Shown here piece by piece: positions 46,061-55,445 of a stretch of DNA of 64,000 nt. Origin of the DNA: Candidatus Sericytochromatia bacterium (GTDB lineage Bacteria; Cyanobacteriota; Sericytochromatia; S15B-MN24; UBA4093); assembly GCA_036676495.1 (NCBI GenBank), contig JAKFCT010000028.1:96001-160000 (forward strand). Reading direction: 5' to 3'. Under the pieces are notes generated by a model. It saw only the letters and a program-made list of their open reading frames with translations. It ran no database searches and was not told the origin of the DNA. Position 1 is the stretch's first letter; the number at the start of each line of letters is the position of its first letter. A program made the translations under genes and the position numbers.

Positions 46061-46179
46061 CGTTGTCACGCTGACAGGGTATCCGACCTGGCGATTTATC
46101 TTCACCACCTATCGAACACTCCAACAACAATTCAACATGATGGGTCAGCAGGGACGCTCCAAACGGACTCGACAACGTT
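46059..46179 (-). ncRNA. Candidate structured non-coding RNA (~121 nt)
   Basis: Four nested helices; all mismatches in them are C-A on plus (G-U on minus); lower GC than flanks. Confidence 0.45.
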
Positions 46180-46248
46180 GCAGCAAGACAACCCCTCGTC
46201 TTTGCCCGGCGATAGAGATCTGGCCAGGAACCGGGTAGAATCAAAGGC

Positions 46249-46989
46249 ATGAAACGACTGATCTTATTCGACATCGACGGGACGCTGCTCTCCCTTCGCG
46301 GCGCGGGGAAGGGCTCCTTTCGACGGGGCCTCGAGGACGTCTACGGCACGGCCGGCCCCATCGAAGGCTGGGACTTCGGAGGCAAGACGGATCGCCTACT
46401 CTGCCACGAGCTGCTTGGAGCCGCGGGCCTTCCCGCCCATGAGATCGAGGCGGGGGTCGACCAAGCCATCTCGCGATACCTCGGCTACCTCGAAGAAGCG
46501 CTCGCCGACCATCCCGTGCACGTGCATCCGGGTATCCCCGAGCTGCTGGACCACCTGGCGGCCGACACCCGGGTCACCCTTGGCCTGCTCACCGGAAACG
46601 TCGCCGCGGGAGCAAAGCTGAAACTTGCGGCCGTCGGGCTCGCGGATTACTTCCGGCTCGGCTCGTACGGCTGCGACTCGGCCAACCGTCGCGACCTCCC
46701 GGCCGTGGCGATCGCCCGGGCCGCGGCGCTCACCGGCACCACGTACGCCGGCAAGGAAGTCGTCATCATCGGGGACACCCCCCATGACATCGACTGCGGC
46801 AAGGTGCTATCCAACCGGACCATCGCGGTGGCAACCGGCAGCTTCTCGCAGGAGGCCCTGCAGGTTCACGCCCCCGATTTTCTCTTCGACACCCTGGAAC
46901 GCACCGACTCCGTGCTCCAGGCCATTCATTGCGATTTCCCCGAACGGGAGCCGAAGTCCCGGACGTCCCACCTCCAACCCGCTCCATGA
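46249..46989 (+). CDS. HAD-family hydrolase (phosphoglycolate phosphatase-like)
   Basis: LFDIDGTLL, LLTGN and IGDTPHD motifs. Confidence 0.9.
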   Translation: MKRLILFDIDGTLLSLRGAGKGSFRRGLEDVYGTAGPIEGWDFGGKTDRLLCHELLGAAGLPAHEIEAGVDQAISRYLGYLEEALADHPVHVHPGIPELLDHLAADTRVTLGLLTGNVAAGAKLKLAAVGLADYFRLGSYGCDSANRRDLPAVAIARAAALTGTTYAGKEVVIIGDTPHDIDCGKVLSNRTIAVATGSFSQEALQVHAPDFLFDTLERTDSVLQAIHCDFPEREPKSRTSHLQPAP

Positions 46990-48188
46990 CCCCAGCCGTC
47001 CTCACGCTCATGGTGGCGCAGTTCGTCACCTTCGTCGGAGTCTCCTTCGTCTTCCCGCTGCTTCCGCTCTACGTCGCCGAGCTCGGCGTGACGGATCCGG
47101 GGCAGGTGGCGGCCTGGTCGGGCTTCCTCGGAGCCCTCACTCCCCTCTGCTCGGGGATCTTCATGCCGTTCTGGAGCCATCATGCCGAGCGCATCGGGCT
47201 CCGCCCGCTGATCCTCTGGACGATGCTCGCCTACGCGGTAATCATCGGGGCCATGGGCTTCGTCGGCTCGGTCTGGCAACTGGCGGCGCTCCGCGCCATG
47301 TACGGCATCATGGGCGGCCTCTCGGCCATCGTCGCGGGAGCCCTGTCCAAGCTCGTGCCCGAAGAGAAGATCGGCCGAACGCTCGGCCTCATGCAAACCG
47401 TCAGCAGCGTCGCCTTCGCCATGGGCCCCTTCCTGGGGGGCATCACCAAGGATGCCTTCGGCTACAAAGCCACCTTCGGAGTCGTCGCGGCGCTTTGCCT
47501 GCTCGGCGCCCTCCTGGTCGCGCTCGGCTTCCGTGAGCCCGCCAAGGCGGCCAGCGCTCCCAAGCCGAAGACGACGGGCCGGGAACGCTTCCAGCGGGCG
47601 ATCGCCCTCGTCGGCCCCATGATGATCCTCATGGCCGTGGCCCAGCTGGCCGTGAACTCCTTCGAGGTCCTCCTTCCCCTGGCCGTCCAGCGCTACCCGT
47701 CCGCCGCCGGCTCGACGGCCTCGTGGGCGGGGGCTGCCCTTTCGGTCATCGGGCTCGGAACCATCGCCTCGTCCCTGCTCCTGGGCTGGCTCTCGGATCG
47801 CTTCGGCTCCGCCAAGATCCTGGCACTGGCCTTCGGGGGCGGTATCGTGAGCGCCGCGGGCCTCGCGATGAGCGCCAGTCCCGGCAGCCTCACCCTCTGG
47901 TGCGGTATCTGGGGCCTCTTCACCGGAGGCATTCCCGCGGTGGCGTACGCCCTGGGGGCCAGCCGCGTCGCGGCGGACGAACGGGTCGCCATCATCGGCT
48001 GGATCGGCTCCGCCTCGGCCTTCGGAATCGCCGCAGGCCCGCTCGTCGGAGGCCTGCTCGGAACGTTCAGCCTGGGGGCCGTCTTCGGCTTCTCGGCCGC
48101 GCTTTGCCTGCTGGGCGCGGCAACCGCCTGGCTCTCGACCTCACTCCGCCCCGTGGCACGGCCTACTCCGGAACCAAACGGGGTATAG
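46986..48188 (+). CDS. MFS transporter (MdtG/DHA1-like)
   Basis: PLLPLYV..LG; 12 TM segments; GWLSDRFG; ATGA overlap with HAD gene. Confidence 0.88.
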   Translation: MTPAVLTLMVAQFVTFVGVSFVFPLLPLYVAELGVTDPGQVAAWSGFLGALTPLCSGIFMPFWSHHAERIGLRPLILWTMLAYAVIIGAMGFVGSVWQLAALRAMYGIMGGLSAIVAGALSKLVPEEKIGRTLGLMQTVSSVAFAMGPFLGGITKDAFGYKATFGVVAALCLLGALLVALGFREPAKAASAPKPKTTGRERFQRAIALVGPMMILMAVAQLAVNSFEVLLPLAVQRYPSAAGSTASWAGAALSVIGLGTIASSLLLGWLSDRFGSAKILALAFGGGIVSAAGLAMSASPGSLTLWCGIWGLFTGGIPAVAYALGASRVAADERVAIIGWIGSASAFGIAAGPLVGGLLGTFSLGAVFGFSAALCLLGAATAWLSTSLRPVARPTPEPNGV

Positions 48189-48220
48189 AGAGTTGCCCGC
48201 TTCTCGCGAAAGGAACCCAC

Positions 48221-49657
48221 GTGACCGCTGACTTCGACCTGCTCGTGGTCGGAAACGAGACCGAAGCCTGCCTCTCCGCCGTTGCCGCCGCCCGAGCGGG
48301 CGCGCGTACCGCCCTGGTCATCCCGCCCCAGGCCATGTTGGGGGGCCTGCTCACGGAGGACGGCCTCAGCTTCGTCGATCGCGACTCGCGCCATCTCATC
48401 CCCCCCGGCGAGTCGCCCCACGACGGGCTCTTCGGGCAATTCCTCGCCCGCGCCGACGTGAAGCTGGTCGCCCTGGAGCCCGACACCGGAGCTCGCGCCC
48501 TGGGAGAGATGCTCGACGCATCAGGCGTCACCGTGATCCGTTCGGACTGGCAAGGTGTCGTTTTGGAAGGCGATCGCCTTCGCGCCCTCGTCCTTGCCAA
48601 CGGCGAAGCACTCGGTGCCCGCCACTTCCTCGACGCCACGCCGGACGGGGACCTCGCGGAAGCGGCAGGAGTCCGCTTCACCTTCGGCTTCCACGAATAT
48701 GGCATCCCCAAGATGCTGGGGATCAGCCCGCTGCCGATCGTGAAGGGCGTGAGCCCCGAACGCATCGTGGAAACCTGCCGTCAGCTGGCCGAGGTCCCTG
48801 AGTTGGAGGCGCTGCGGATGCAGGTCTTCGGCGAACGGCGCTTCCTGGAGCTCGATCACGGCATCGACTACGTGCTCGTCGGGCCGCCTCACCTGGGTTT
48901 GGCCTACCAGCGCTGGCGGGAAGCGCAGGGGATCACGACGCCTTATCGCTTCGAGGCGGATGGGTTCAATGTGGCGGTCATCGCTCCGGACACCACCTCC
49001 TGGAATGGCCTGATGTACTTCAGCGAGGATACGGACACGCTCCTGCGCCTCTCGCGGGAGGGGGCGGATGCCGTGTTCAAGGAAGAGGCCCGGCGCTTCG
49101 AGCGGTTCTTGCAGTCGGAGCTCGGCTGGACCGATGCCAGGGTCGAATTGCCGTGGGGGGTCTACGTGCGTCAGACCCGGCATGCCCTGACGGTCCGGCG
49201 CCGGCTCACGCTGGAGGCGATCGCCCGAGCCGACGCCCCCGACCGCATCGGGACCGACCGCGTCGGAAGCTTCTGCTACTACCCGGATTTCCGGGGCTTC
49301 CATGCCCCCAAGCTTCCCGGCCCGCTCACCGCCCCGATCCTCATGGCCTCCGGGCTCGCCTCGAACGTGATCAATCTGGGGATCGCCAGCCGAGCGGGAG
49401 GTTACACCCCGTTTGCCCACTCTCTCTGCCGCCTGGTGCAGTACAACGCGACCCTGGGAACGGCGCTCGGGGTCTCTGCGGCCATGGCGGAACGCGACCT
49501 GGGGAAGGTCTCGGTCGCCGAGGTCCGCGGCGAACTCGAACGACTCGCCATGCTCGCGGATGATCCCGTGGGATTCGAGCGCAATGCCCCGGTCCGGACG
49601 GCCATGCAAGCCGACCCGGTGATTTCCCTGGAAAGCGCCCCTGTCGCGACGGGATAA
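48221..49657 (+). CDS. FAD-dependent oxidoreductase (FAD_oxidored-like)
   Basis: FDLLVVG...AVAAARAGAR, LGGLLT, FLDATPDGDLA..AG and YVRQTRH motifs; GTG after AAGGA. Confidence 0.75.
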   Translation: MTADFDLLVVGNETEACLSAVAAARAGARTALVIPPQAMLGGLLTEDGLSFVDRDSRHLIPPGESPHDGLFGQFLARADVKLVALEPDTGARALGEMLDASGVTVIRSDWQGVVLEGDRLRALVLANGEALGARHFLDATPDGDLAEAAGVRFTFGFHEYGIPKMLGISPLPIVKGVSPERIVETCRQLAEVPELEALRMQVFGERRFLELDHGIDYVLVGPPHLGLAYQRWREAQGITTPYRFEADGFNVAVIAPDTTSWNGLMYFSEDTDTLLRLSREGADAVFKEEARRFERFLQSELGWTDARVELPWGVYVRQTRHALTVRRRLTLEAIARADAPDRIGTDRVGSFCYYPDFRGFHAPKLPGPLTAPILMASGLASNVINLGIASRAGGYTPFAHSLCRLVQYNATLGTALGVSAAMAERDLGKVSVAEVRGELERLAMLADDPVGFERNAPVRTAMQADPVISLESAPVATG

Positions 49658-49665
49658 CGCGGGCG

Positions 49666-50319
49666 CTAGTGCGGCTCTTCGCCGAGACTGTTCCAGGTGA
49701 CGCGGGAGGCTCCGGCCTCCGTGAGCCGCTCGACCCAGACGAGGATGTCGTCGCCGGTCACGCCACTCAGGACGACGCTGAAATGAAGCACGGGGCCCTG
49801 GTCTCCCGTGGAGCGCTCCCCTCGCCTCAGGACTCCGCGGGCCTCGTCGAGCAACTCCCGGATCCGCGGCCCTCCCTCGGGAGGCACGAAGACGTCGAGG
49901 TAGACGCGCTGCCGCTCGGGAGTGGGAAGCAGATCGGCGATATAACTGAGCAGGAGCAAAGCGCCCAGCGCAAAGGCGGTGGCGATCAGGGCAATCGATA
50001 TCCAACCCACGCCAACCGCCATGCCGATGGCCATGGTCATCCAGAGGGTCGATGCGGTCGTCAGGCCTCGCACCAGGTAGCCCCTGTGCAGGATCACCCC
50101 CGCCCCGATGAAGCCGATGCCCGTCACCACCTGGGCCGCGATCCGAGACGGGTCGCCCGAGGGAAAGCCATGCTCGGACAAGAGCGTCAGCAAGGTCGTC
50201 CCCATGCCCACCAGCACATGGGTGCGAAATCCCGCCGCCTTGTTCCTCCACTCCCGTTCGAGCCCGATCAGTCCCGACAGCACCGCGCTCAAGAGCAGGT
50301 AGAGCACGCTCAATAGCAT
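49666..50319 (-). CDS. MgtC/SapB family protein
   Basis: IGLERE...K.AGFRTH.LV, DPSRIAAQVVTGIGFIGAG and GLTTAST.W motifs. Confidence 0.93.
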   Translation of the reverse strand: MLLSVLYLLLSAVLSGLIGLEREWRNKAAGFRTHVLVGMGTTLLTLLSEHGFPSGDPSRIAAQVVTGIGFIGAGVILHRGYLVRGLTTASTLWMTMAIGMAVGVGWISIALIATAFALGALLLLSYIADLLPTPERQRVYLDVFVPPEGGPRIRELLDEARGVLRRGERSTGDQGPVLHFSVVLSGVTGDDILVWVERLTEAGASRVTWNSLGEEPH

Positions 50320-50322
50320 CGG

Positions 50323-51381
50323 TTAGCTTTTTTTCGGAAGGAGCCTCGCAGGCTGCGCGAAACCTTGGATGCGATGGTAGAACGACAGGCCGCGGGCTGA
50401 AAGTCGCGGAAAACGCCCTTGCAACCAGAACCCCATGCGGTTGTGCCAAAGATCGAGGTCGTAGTGGGTGTGCACCAGCATCCCGTTGACTTCCCGGCTA
50501 GGCAGCCGGAGCACGTTCGAGCGCAACGCGAGGAACGCTTGCTCCAGTGGGATGTAATGGGCGGTGACCGCGCTACGCGAGTACTCCGGGGTCAGGGTCG
50601 GCAGGCTGCCGTGGATGGTCTTGCCCGACCATAGGATCGCATCTCCCTTGCGCATGGCGGGCGCCCAGCACTCCAGGCCGCTCTCGGAGATCATGCGCAC
50701 GACGTGGTCCTTGTACACCTGATGGTTGGGATCGCTCGGCGGCTTGGAGGGTACCTCCAGGCGGTGGCTCCGGGGATAGACGTAGAATCGGCCCGCCCCT
50801 GGCAGGATATCCTCCAGGGCGATCCAGATGCCGACCATCCGGCCGAACTCCTCGGCATCGATGTAGTAGGAATCCTGGTGCGCCCAGGTCGCTTGATTGC
50901 CCTCGAAGTACATGGTGTGCATGAGCTTGCCGGGACCGTCGAAGAGGGCCATGACGACCTGCTGGACGTTGGCATGCGTCAGGACGTTGACTCCGAATTG
51001 CCGGAAATCAGGGTAGCGGGAGGACGGGAGGTCCTGGAGGTTCATGATCGGGTACTGCATGTAGCCGTGCTCGGTGAAGACATGGCGCTCGGGGCGCGAG
51101 GAGGCATGCCGCATGAAGTAGTCCCGGCTGGGCGCCACCTCCCGCTTGAAGGCGGAGCGCAAGGAGTCGCACGCGTCCGCTGGGAGGACGTTGCGGACCA
51201 CGACGTACCCTTCTCGATCATAGTAGGCGCGGATCGCCGCATGATCCCCGGGCCCCGGATACGGGTCCGACGCGGGATCGTAGCGGACCGGGATAGCGAT
51301 CTCACGGCCGTCCGGTGCCTGGATGGGGTAACCGCGGTCTTGCGCCTTCTGCATCATGCGAGACTCCTTCACCAGCGTCAT
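50323..51381 (-). CDS. Phytanoyl-CoA dioxygenase (PhyH)-family Fe/2OG oxygenase
   Basis: Y.REGYVV, HQDSYY, WIALED, GDAILW..KTIHGS and R.AVT.HY motifs; exact start uncertain. Confidence 0.88.
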   Translation of the reverse strand: MTLVKESRMMQKAQDRGYPIQAPDGREIAIPVRYDPASDPYPGPGDHAAIRAYYDREGYVVVRNVLPADACDSLRSAFKREVAPSRDYFMRHASSRPERHVFTEHGYMQYPIMNLQDLPSSRYPDFRQFGVNVLTHANVQQVVMALFDGPGKLMHTMYFEGNQATWAHQDSYYIDAEEFGRMVGIWIALEDILPGAGRFYVYPRSHRLEVPSKPPSDPNHQVYKDHVVRMISESGLECWAPAMRKGDAILWSGKTIHGSLPTLTPEYSRSAVTAHYIPLEQAFLALRSNVLRLPSREVNGMLVHTHYDLDLWHNRMGFWLQGRFPRLSARGLSFYHRIQGFAQPARLLPKKS

Positions 51382-51688
51382 GCGGTCGCGTCATGGGAGC
51401 GATTCGTTCGAGCGGTTCATTCGAGTGCTTCAAAGATGAGGGCCCGCCATTCTCCCGGAGGAAAGGGCATGTCCTTATCCTAAGCAAGCGACCTTGCCTC
51501 ACCTATGGCCGTGCGGAAGGGGTTTTTCGTAACTTTCGCCCAGGCTTCACGGGTGGCGCGCATCCAACGTCACCTCCCGAGTCGCCAGCGCCTCTCCTGA
51601 GGCGTAATCCTCCTTGGCGGCCATCGCGGAGAGGCCGGCCTACGGGTAGGCTGGAGTCGTGCCGCGGCGCCGGCCGAAGGAGGTGCCC

Positions 51689-52009
51689 GTGTCCCCGCGC
51701 TTCGAGAGCTTCGAGGAGTTCTGGCCTGATTACCTGGATCAACACCGCAATCCCGTTTGCCGCGCCTTCCACCTCGCAGGAACCCTGCTCGGGCTGGCCT
51801 GCCTGGGCTTGGGAGTCGTGGCATCGCCGGTTTGGCTGCCCGCAGCCCCCCTCAGCGGCTATGGGCTGGCATGGATCGGGCACTTCGCCTTCGAACGCAA
51901 TCGGCCCGCGACCTTCCGGCACCCCCTCTGGTCCTTGAGGGCGGATTTCCGAATGCTGGGGCTGATGCTGACGGGGCGGCTAAAGGGCGGGGCTAGGCGT
52001 CGAGAGTAG
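51689..52009 (+). CDS. DUF962/Mpo1-like membrane protein
   Basis: FEEFWP.YL.QH....R.FH..GT; GYGLAWIGHF.FE.NRPATF.HP.WSL.AD. Confidence 0.88.
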   Translation: MSPRFESFEEFWPDYLDQHRNPVCRAFHLAGTLLGLACLGLGVVASPVWLPAAPLSGYGLAWIGHFAFERNRPATFRHPLWSLRADFRMLGLMLTGRLKGGARRRE

Positions 52010-52018
52010 GTGGCAAGA

Positions 52019-52888
52019 CTAGGCGGGAGCGGTCTCGCGGCCCCGAAGGTCACGCAGGGCGTCGATCGCTTTTTTCATGCGATCCGTGGTGAGATCCCAG
52101 ATAGGGCCCATGAGCCGCTCGGCGGCCTCTCCGGGCCACGCCTTCAGCGTGATCAGCCCCTCCCTCAGCGACTGTTTGTTCTCGGTCGTGGCCAAGAGGT
52201 TGGCGACGTCCTTCACGAGGTCCGGCGATGTCTTGAGGGCGTTCAGGAGCTCCTGAGCCGTTTCCGAGGGAGCGTCCATGGCGACGGCCAGCTTGTCACG
52301 AGCCACCTCTTCGGCGGTCTCGGCGATCACCGCGAGGCCGGTCGGATTGAGCGTGTCCTTGAGATTGGGGGTCACGGCCACCCGGATCAGGTCGTCGATC
52401 GGCAGCTTGGTCAGCCCCGCATCCAGGTAGGCGCGGCTATGCGTGGCATAGGCGAACGCCGTGAAGGCCTGATCGTTCAGCTCGATGCCGGGATTTCGGG
52501 CCAACTCGGTTTCGATGGCCACTTGCAGGTTCTTCCGGGCCCGAACCATCCACTCTTGGCCCTCCCGAGAGAGCTCCGGGCTCAAGACCTCGGTGAAGCG
52601 GCGCACGTAAACATCTCCGTAGCCCAGGTAGTAGGTGGGCGGGGAGGCTTCAGGGTATCGCGCCTGGAAATCGCGGTGGCGCTGCTGGTAGTAGTCGAGG
52701 TTGCCGTCCGGAGCGAGGGGGGTCGGGCGCCGCGGCGGGACGTTGCGTTCGAGGCCTTCTCCCAGGAGCAGGCGATCGCCCCGAGGGGACGCTTGCGGGG
52801 CGTCCTCCACGGGAGGCTTGCTGGCAGCGGGGAACTTCGGGGAGCGGTTCGGAGCCGTCCGCCCGAGCGGCTTCAAGCTATCGACCAT
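52019..52888 (-). CDS. Hypothetical protein with disordered N-terminus and conserved-looking helical domain
   Basis: SD-like AAGGCG; PPTYYLGYG..Y..RF...LS.EGQ.W...LQ...FAYATH..AY..AGL. Confidence 0.75.
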   Translation of the reverse strand: MVDSLKPLGRTAPNRSPKFPAASKPPVEDAPQASPRGDRLLLGEGLERNVPPRRPTPLAPDGNLDYYQQRHRDFQARYPEASPPTYYLGYGDVYVRRFTEVLSPELSREGQEWMVRARKNLQVAIETELARNPGIELNDQAFTAFAYATHSRAYLDAGLTKLPIDDLIRVAVTPNLKDTLNPTGLAVIAETAEEVARDKLAVAMDAPSETAQELLNALKTSPDLVKDVANLLATTENKQSLREGLITLKAWPGEAAERLMGPIWDLTTDRMKKAIDALRDLRGRETAPA

Positions 52889-53009
52889 GACATCGCCTTT
52901 CGGAACGCGAAGCGCCTGCAACGACGAGCAGGCCCTGGAATCGACCGAGGGTATTGTACCCGCGCGTCCCGGCATTCTTGCGTCGGAGGAAGGCCCGACG
53001 GCGGCCCCC

Positions 53010-53067
53010 GAGCGATCGTCGTTGCTACAGGACAGCTAAACTTTCTCAAGCCTAGCGCGGGCGCTAG
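53010..53067 (-). repeat. Dispersed element, copy D (internally deleted)
   Basis: 53010-53036 matches copy A 13018-13044 at 25/27; 53057-53067 GCGGGCGCTAG equals the other end of copy A. Confidence 0.75.
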
Positions 53068-53630
53068 CGCTTCAATCGATCGACGAAGAGCTTGCGGAAC
53101 TTCGCGACCTTGGGGGCCACGACGGCCGTGCAGTAAGGCTGGTAGGGGTTCCGGGCGAAGTACTCCTGATGGACCTCCTCGGCGGGGTAGAAGCGGTCGA
53201 GCGGCTCCACCTGGGTGACGATCGGCGCGTCGAAAAGGGCTTCCGCGGTGAGGGCGCGGATCACCTCTCTGGCCGTCGCTTCCTGCTTCGGGGACTGGGT
53301 GAAGATGACCGAGCGGTACTGGGTTCCCACATCGGCGCCCTGGCGGTTGAGGGTGGTGGGATCGTGGATGCTGAAGAAGACCTTCAAGAGGTCGGCATAA
53401 GAAAGCTCGGCCGGGTCGAAGTCGACCTGGACGACCTCGGCATGGCCCGTCCGACCGGTGCAGACCTGCTCGTAGGTGGGATCGGGCACCTGACCGCCCG
53501 CATATCCCGACTGCACGCGGGTCACGCCCTTCAGTTCGAGAAAGACCGCCTCCAGGCACCAGAAGCACCCGCCCCCCAAGGTCGCTTGCTCCAAGCCCCG
53601 ACCCACGCCCTGATCGCTGTCCGTCTCCAT
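53064..53630 (-). CDS. msrA: Peptide-methionine (S)-S-oxide reductase
   Basis: [41 protein letters not shown] and AE..HQ.Y motifs. Confidence 0.96.
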   Translation of the reverse strand: METDSDQGVGRGLEQATLGGGCFWCLEAVFLELKGVTRVQSGYAGGQVPDPTYEQVCTGRTGHAEVVQVDFDPAELSYADLLKVFFSIHDPTTLNRQGADVGTQYRSVIFTQSPKQEATAREVIRALTAEALFDAPIVTQVEPLDRFYPAEEVHQEYFARNPYQPYCTAVVAPKVAKFRKLFVDRLKR

Positions 53631-53863
53631 GCTTCCTCCCTCGGCGCCCGGCGCCTGAAAAGCGCATCCATGCTCGGCTTTCGAGCCTCGAAGCCCTAGC
53701 CCGCTCGCCTTTTCCTCGGGCCCATGAGCATCCTTCGTCCAGTGTAGCGCATTGCTGGACGGCCATCCTCCGGAAGATCAGTAGAACGCCGAAATGGGCA
53801 CCAAGTGCCAACTTGGAGGTATAATCGGGACCGAAACCCGCACCCCTTCGAAAGGACCGCCCC

Positions 53864-55309
53864 GTGACTCCCGAGGTTCTCTGTACGACAGCCAGTTACA
53901 GCATCACCATTCGGCTTCGTGTCTCCAATCGACCCGGCATGCTCGGGGCGATCGCCACCCGCATCGGCGAGGCCGGCGGGGATATCGGAGCCGTGGATAT
54001 CGTCGAGGTCGAGCCGGAAAGCCTGATCCGCGACCTGACGGTGAACTGCCGCGACGAGCGGCATGGCGACCTGATCGTGGAGGCCCTGAACGGCCTCGCG
54101 GGCGTGGAGGTGCTCCACGTTTCGGATCTGACCTTCCTCGCGCACCTGGGCGGCAAAATCGAGATCAAGAACCGGGTGCCCCTCAAGACGCGCAACGACC
54201 TCTCCCGCGTCTACACTCCGGGCGTGGCGCGAGTTTGCCAGGCCATCGCCACCGATCCCGGCAAGGCCTACACGCTCACCATCAAGCGCAACTCGGTCGC
54301 GGTGATCACCGACGGCTCGGCGGTGCTGGGCCTGGGAGACCTCGGTCCCGAGGCGGCGCTGCCGGTCATGGAGGGCAAGGCCATGCTCTTCAAGGAGTTC
54401 GCGGGCGTGGACGCGTGGCCCCTCTGCCTGGACGGCCGGGACGTCGACGGGCTCGTGGCGGCAATCAAGGCGATCGCCCCCGGCTTCGGCGGCATCAACC
54501 TCGAGGATATCGCGGCGCCCCGCTGCTTCGAGATCGAGGAACGCCTCCGCCAGGAGCTGGATATCCCGGTCATGCACGACGACCAGCACGGCACGGCCGT
54601 GGTGGTGCTCGCGGCCCTCTTCAACGCCCTCAAGCTCACGGGGCGCAAGATCGACGAGATCCGCGTGGTGGTCAACGGGATCGGCGCAGCCGGAACGGCG
54701 ATCGCCAAGATGCTCATGAACGCCGGCGTCCAGAACCTGATCGGCTGTGACCGGCACGGCATCCTCAACCGCGACCAGCTCGAGGGGCTCCCCCCTCACC
54801 AGCGCTGGCTCGCCGAGAACTCCAACCCCGAGCGGCGCCAGGGCGGCCAGCGCGAAGCCCTCCTGGGGGCGGACGTCCTGGTCGGCGTCTCAGGGCCCGG
54901 CACCATCCAGCCCGAGTTCCTCGCCGGCATGCGACCGGGAGCCATCGTCTTCGCGATGGCCAACCCCGACCCGGAGATTCACCCCGAGGACGCCCATGCC
55001 TTCGCGCGCATCGTCGCCACCGGACGCTCGGACTACGCCAACCAGATCAACAACGTGCTCTGCTTCCCCGGGATCTTCCGCGGCGCGCTCGATTGCCGAG
55101 CCACCGAGATCAACGAGGCCATGAAGCTGGCGGCCGCCCGGGCGATCGCCGACATCATCCCCGAGCATGAGCTCCGCGACGACTACATCATCCCGAGCGT
55201 CTTCAACCGGAAGGTCGCCCCCGCGGTTGCCGAAGCCGTCATCCAGGCCGCCTACGAAACCGGAGTGGCCCGCCGGGAGCGCCGCAACCTGGAGCTCGAA
55301 CGCGCGTAA
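53864..55309 (+). CDS. NAD(P)-dependent malic enzyme with N-terminal ACT domain
   Basis: ACT (NRPGMLG); YTPGVA, VMEGK, INLEDI, HDDQHGTA, GIGAAG and NQINN.L.FPG motifs; TATAAT at 53820. Confidence 0.93.
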   Translation: MTPEVLCTTASYSITIRLRVSNRPGMLGAIATRIGEAGGDIGAVDIVEVEPESLIRDLTVNCRDERHGDLIVEALNGLAGVEVLHVSDLTFLAHLGGKIEIKNRVPLKTRNDLSRVYTPGVARVCQAIATDPGKAYTLTIKRNSVAVITDGSAVLGLGDLGPEAALPVMEGKAMLFKEFAGVDAWPLCLDGRDVDGLVAAIKAIAPGFGGINLEDIAAPRCFEIEERLRQELDIPVMHDDQHGTAVVVLAALFNALKLTGRKIDEIRVVVNGIGAAGTAIAKMLMNAGVQNLIGCDRHGILNRDQLEGLPPHQRWLAENSNPERRQGGQREALLGADVLVGVSGPGTIQPEFLAGMRPGAIVFAMANPDPEIHPEDAHAFARIVATGRSDYANQINNVLCFPGIFRGALDCRATEINEAMKLAAARAIADIIPEHELRDDYIIPSVFNRKVAPAVAEAVIQAAYETGVARRERRNLELERA

Positions 55310-55359
55310 CCGCGCGCCGCAACCTCCTCGGCAGGACCGGGCGCCCGCCCGGTCGCATC

Positions 55360-55405
55360 GAAACAGGCTCAGGTGCCGCTAGATAGCGGCACCTGAGCCT
55401 GTTTC
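55360..55405. terminator. Long perfect hairpin between convergent genes
   Basis: GAAACAGGCTCAGGTGCCGCT-AGAT-AGCGGCACCTGAGCCTGTTTC, 21-bp perfect stem. Confidence 0.65.
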
Positions 55406-55445
55406 AGCAGACCCAACAGCGGGGGCGAACGCCCTGTGTTGGGCG

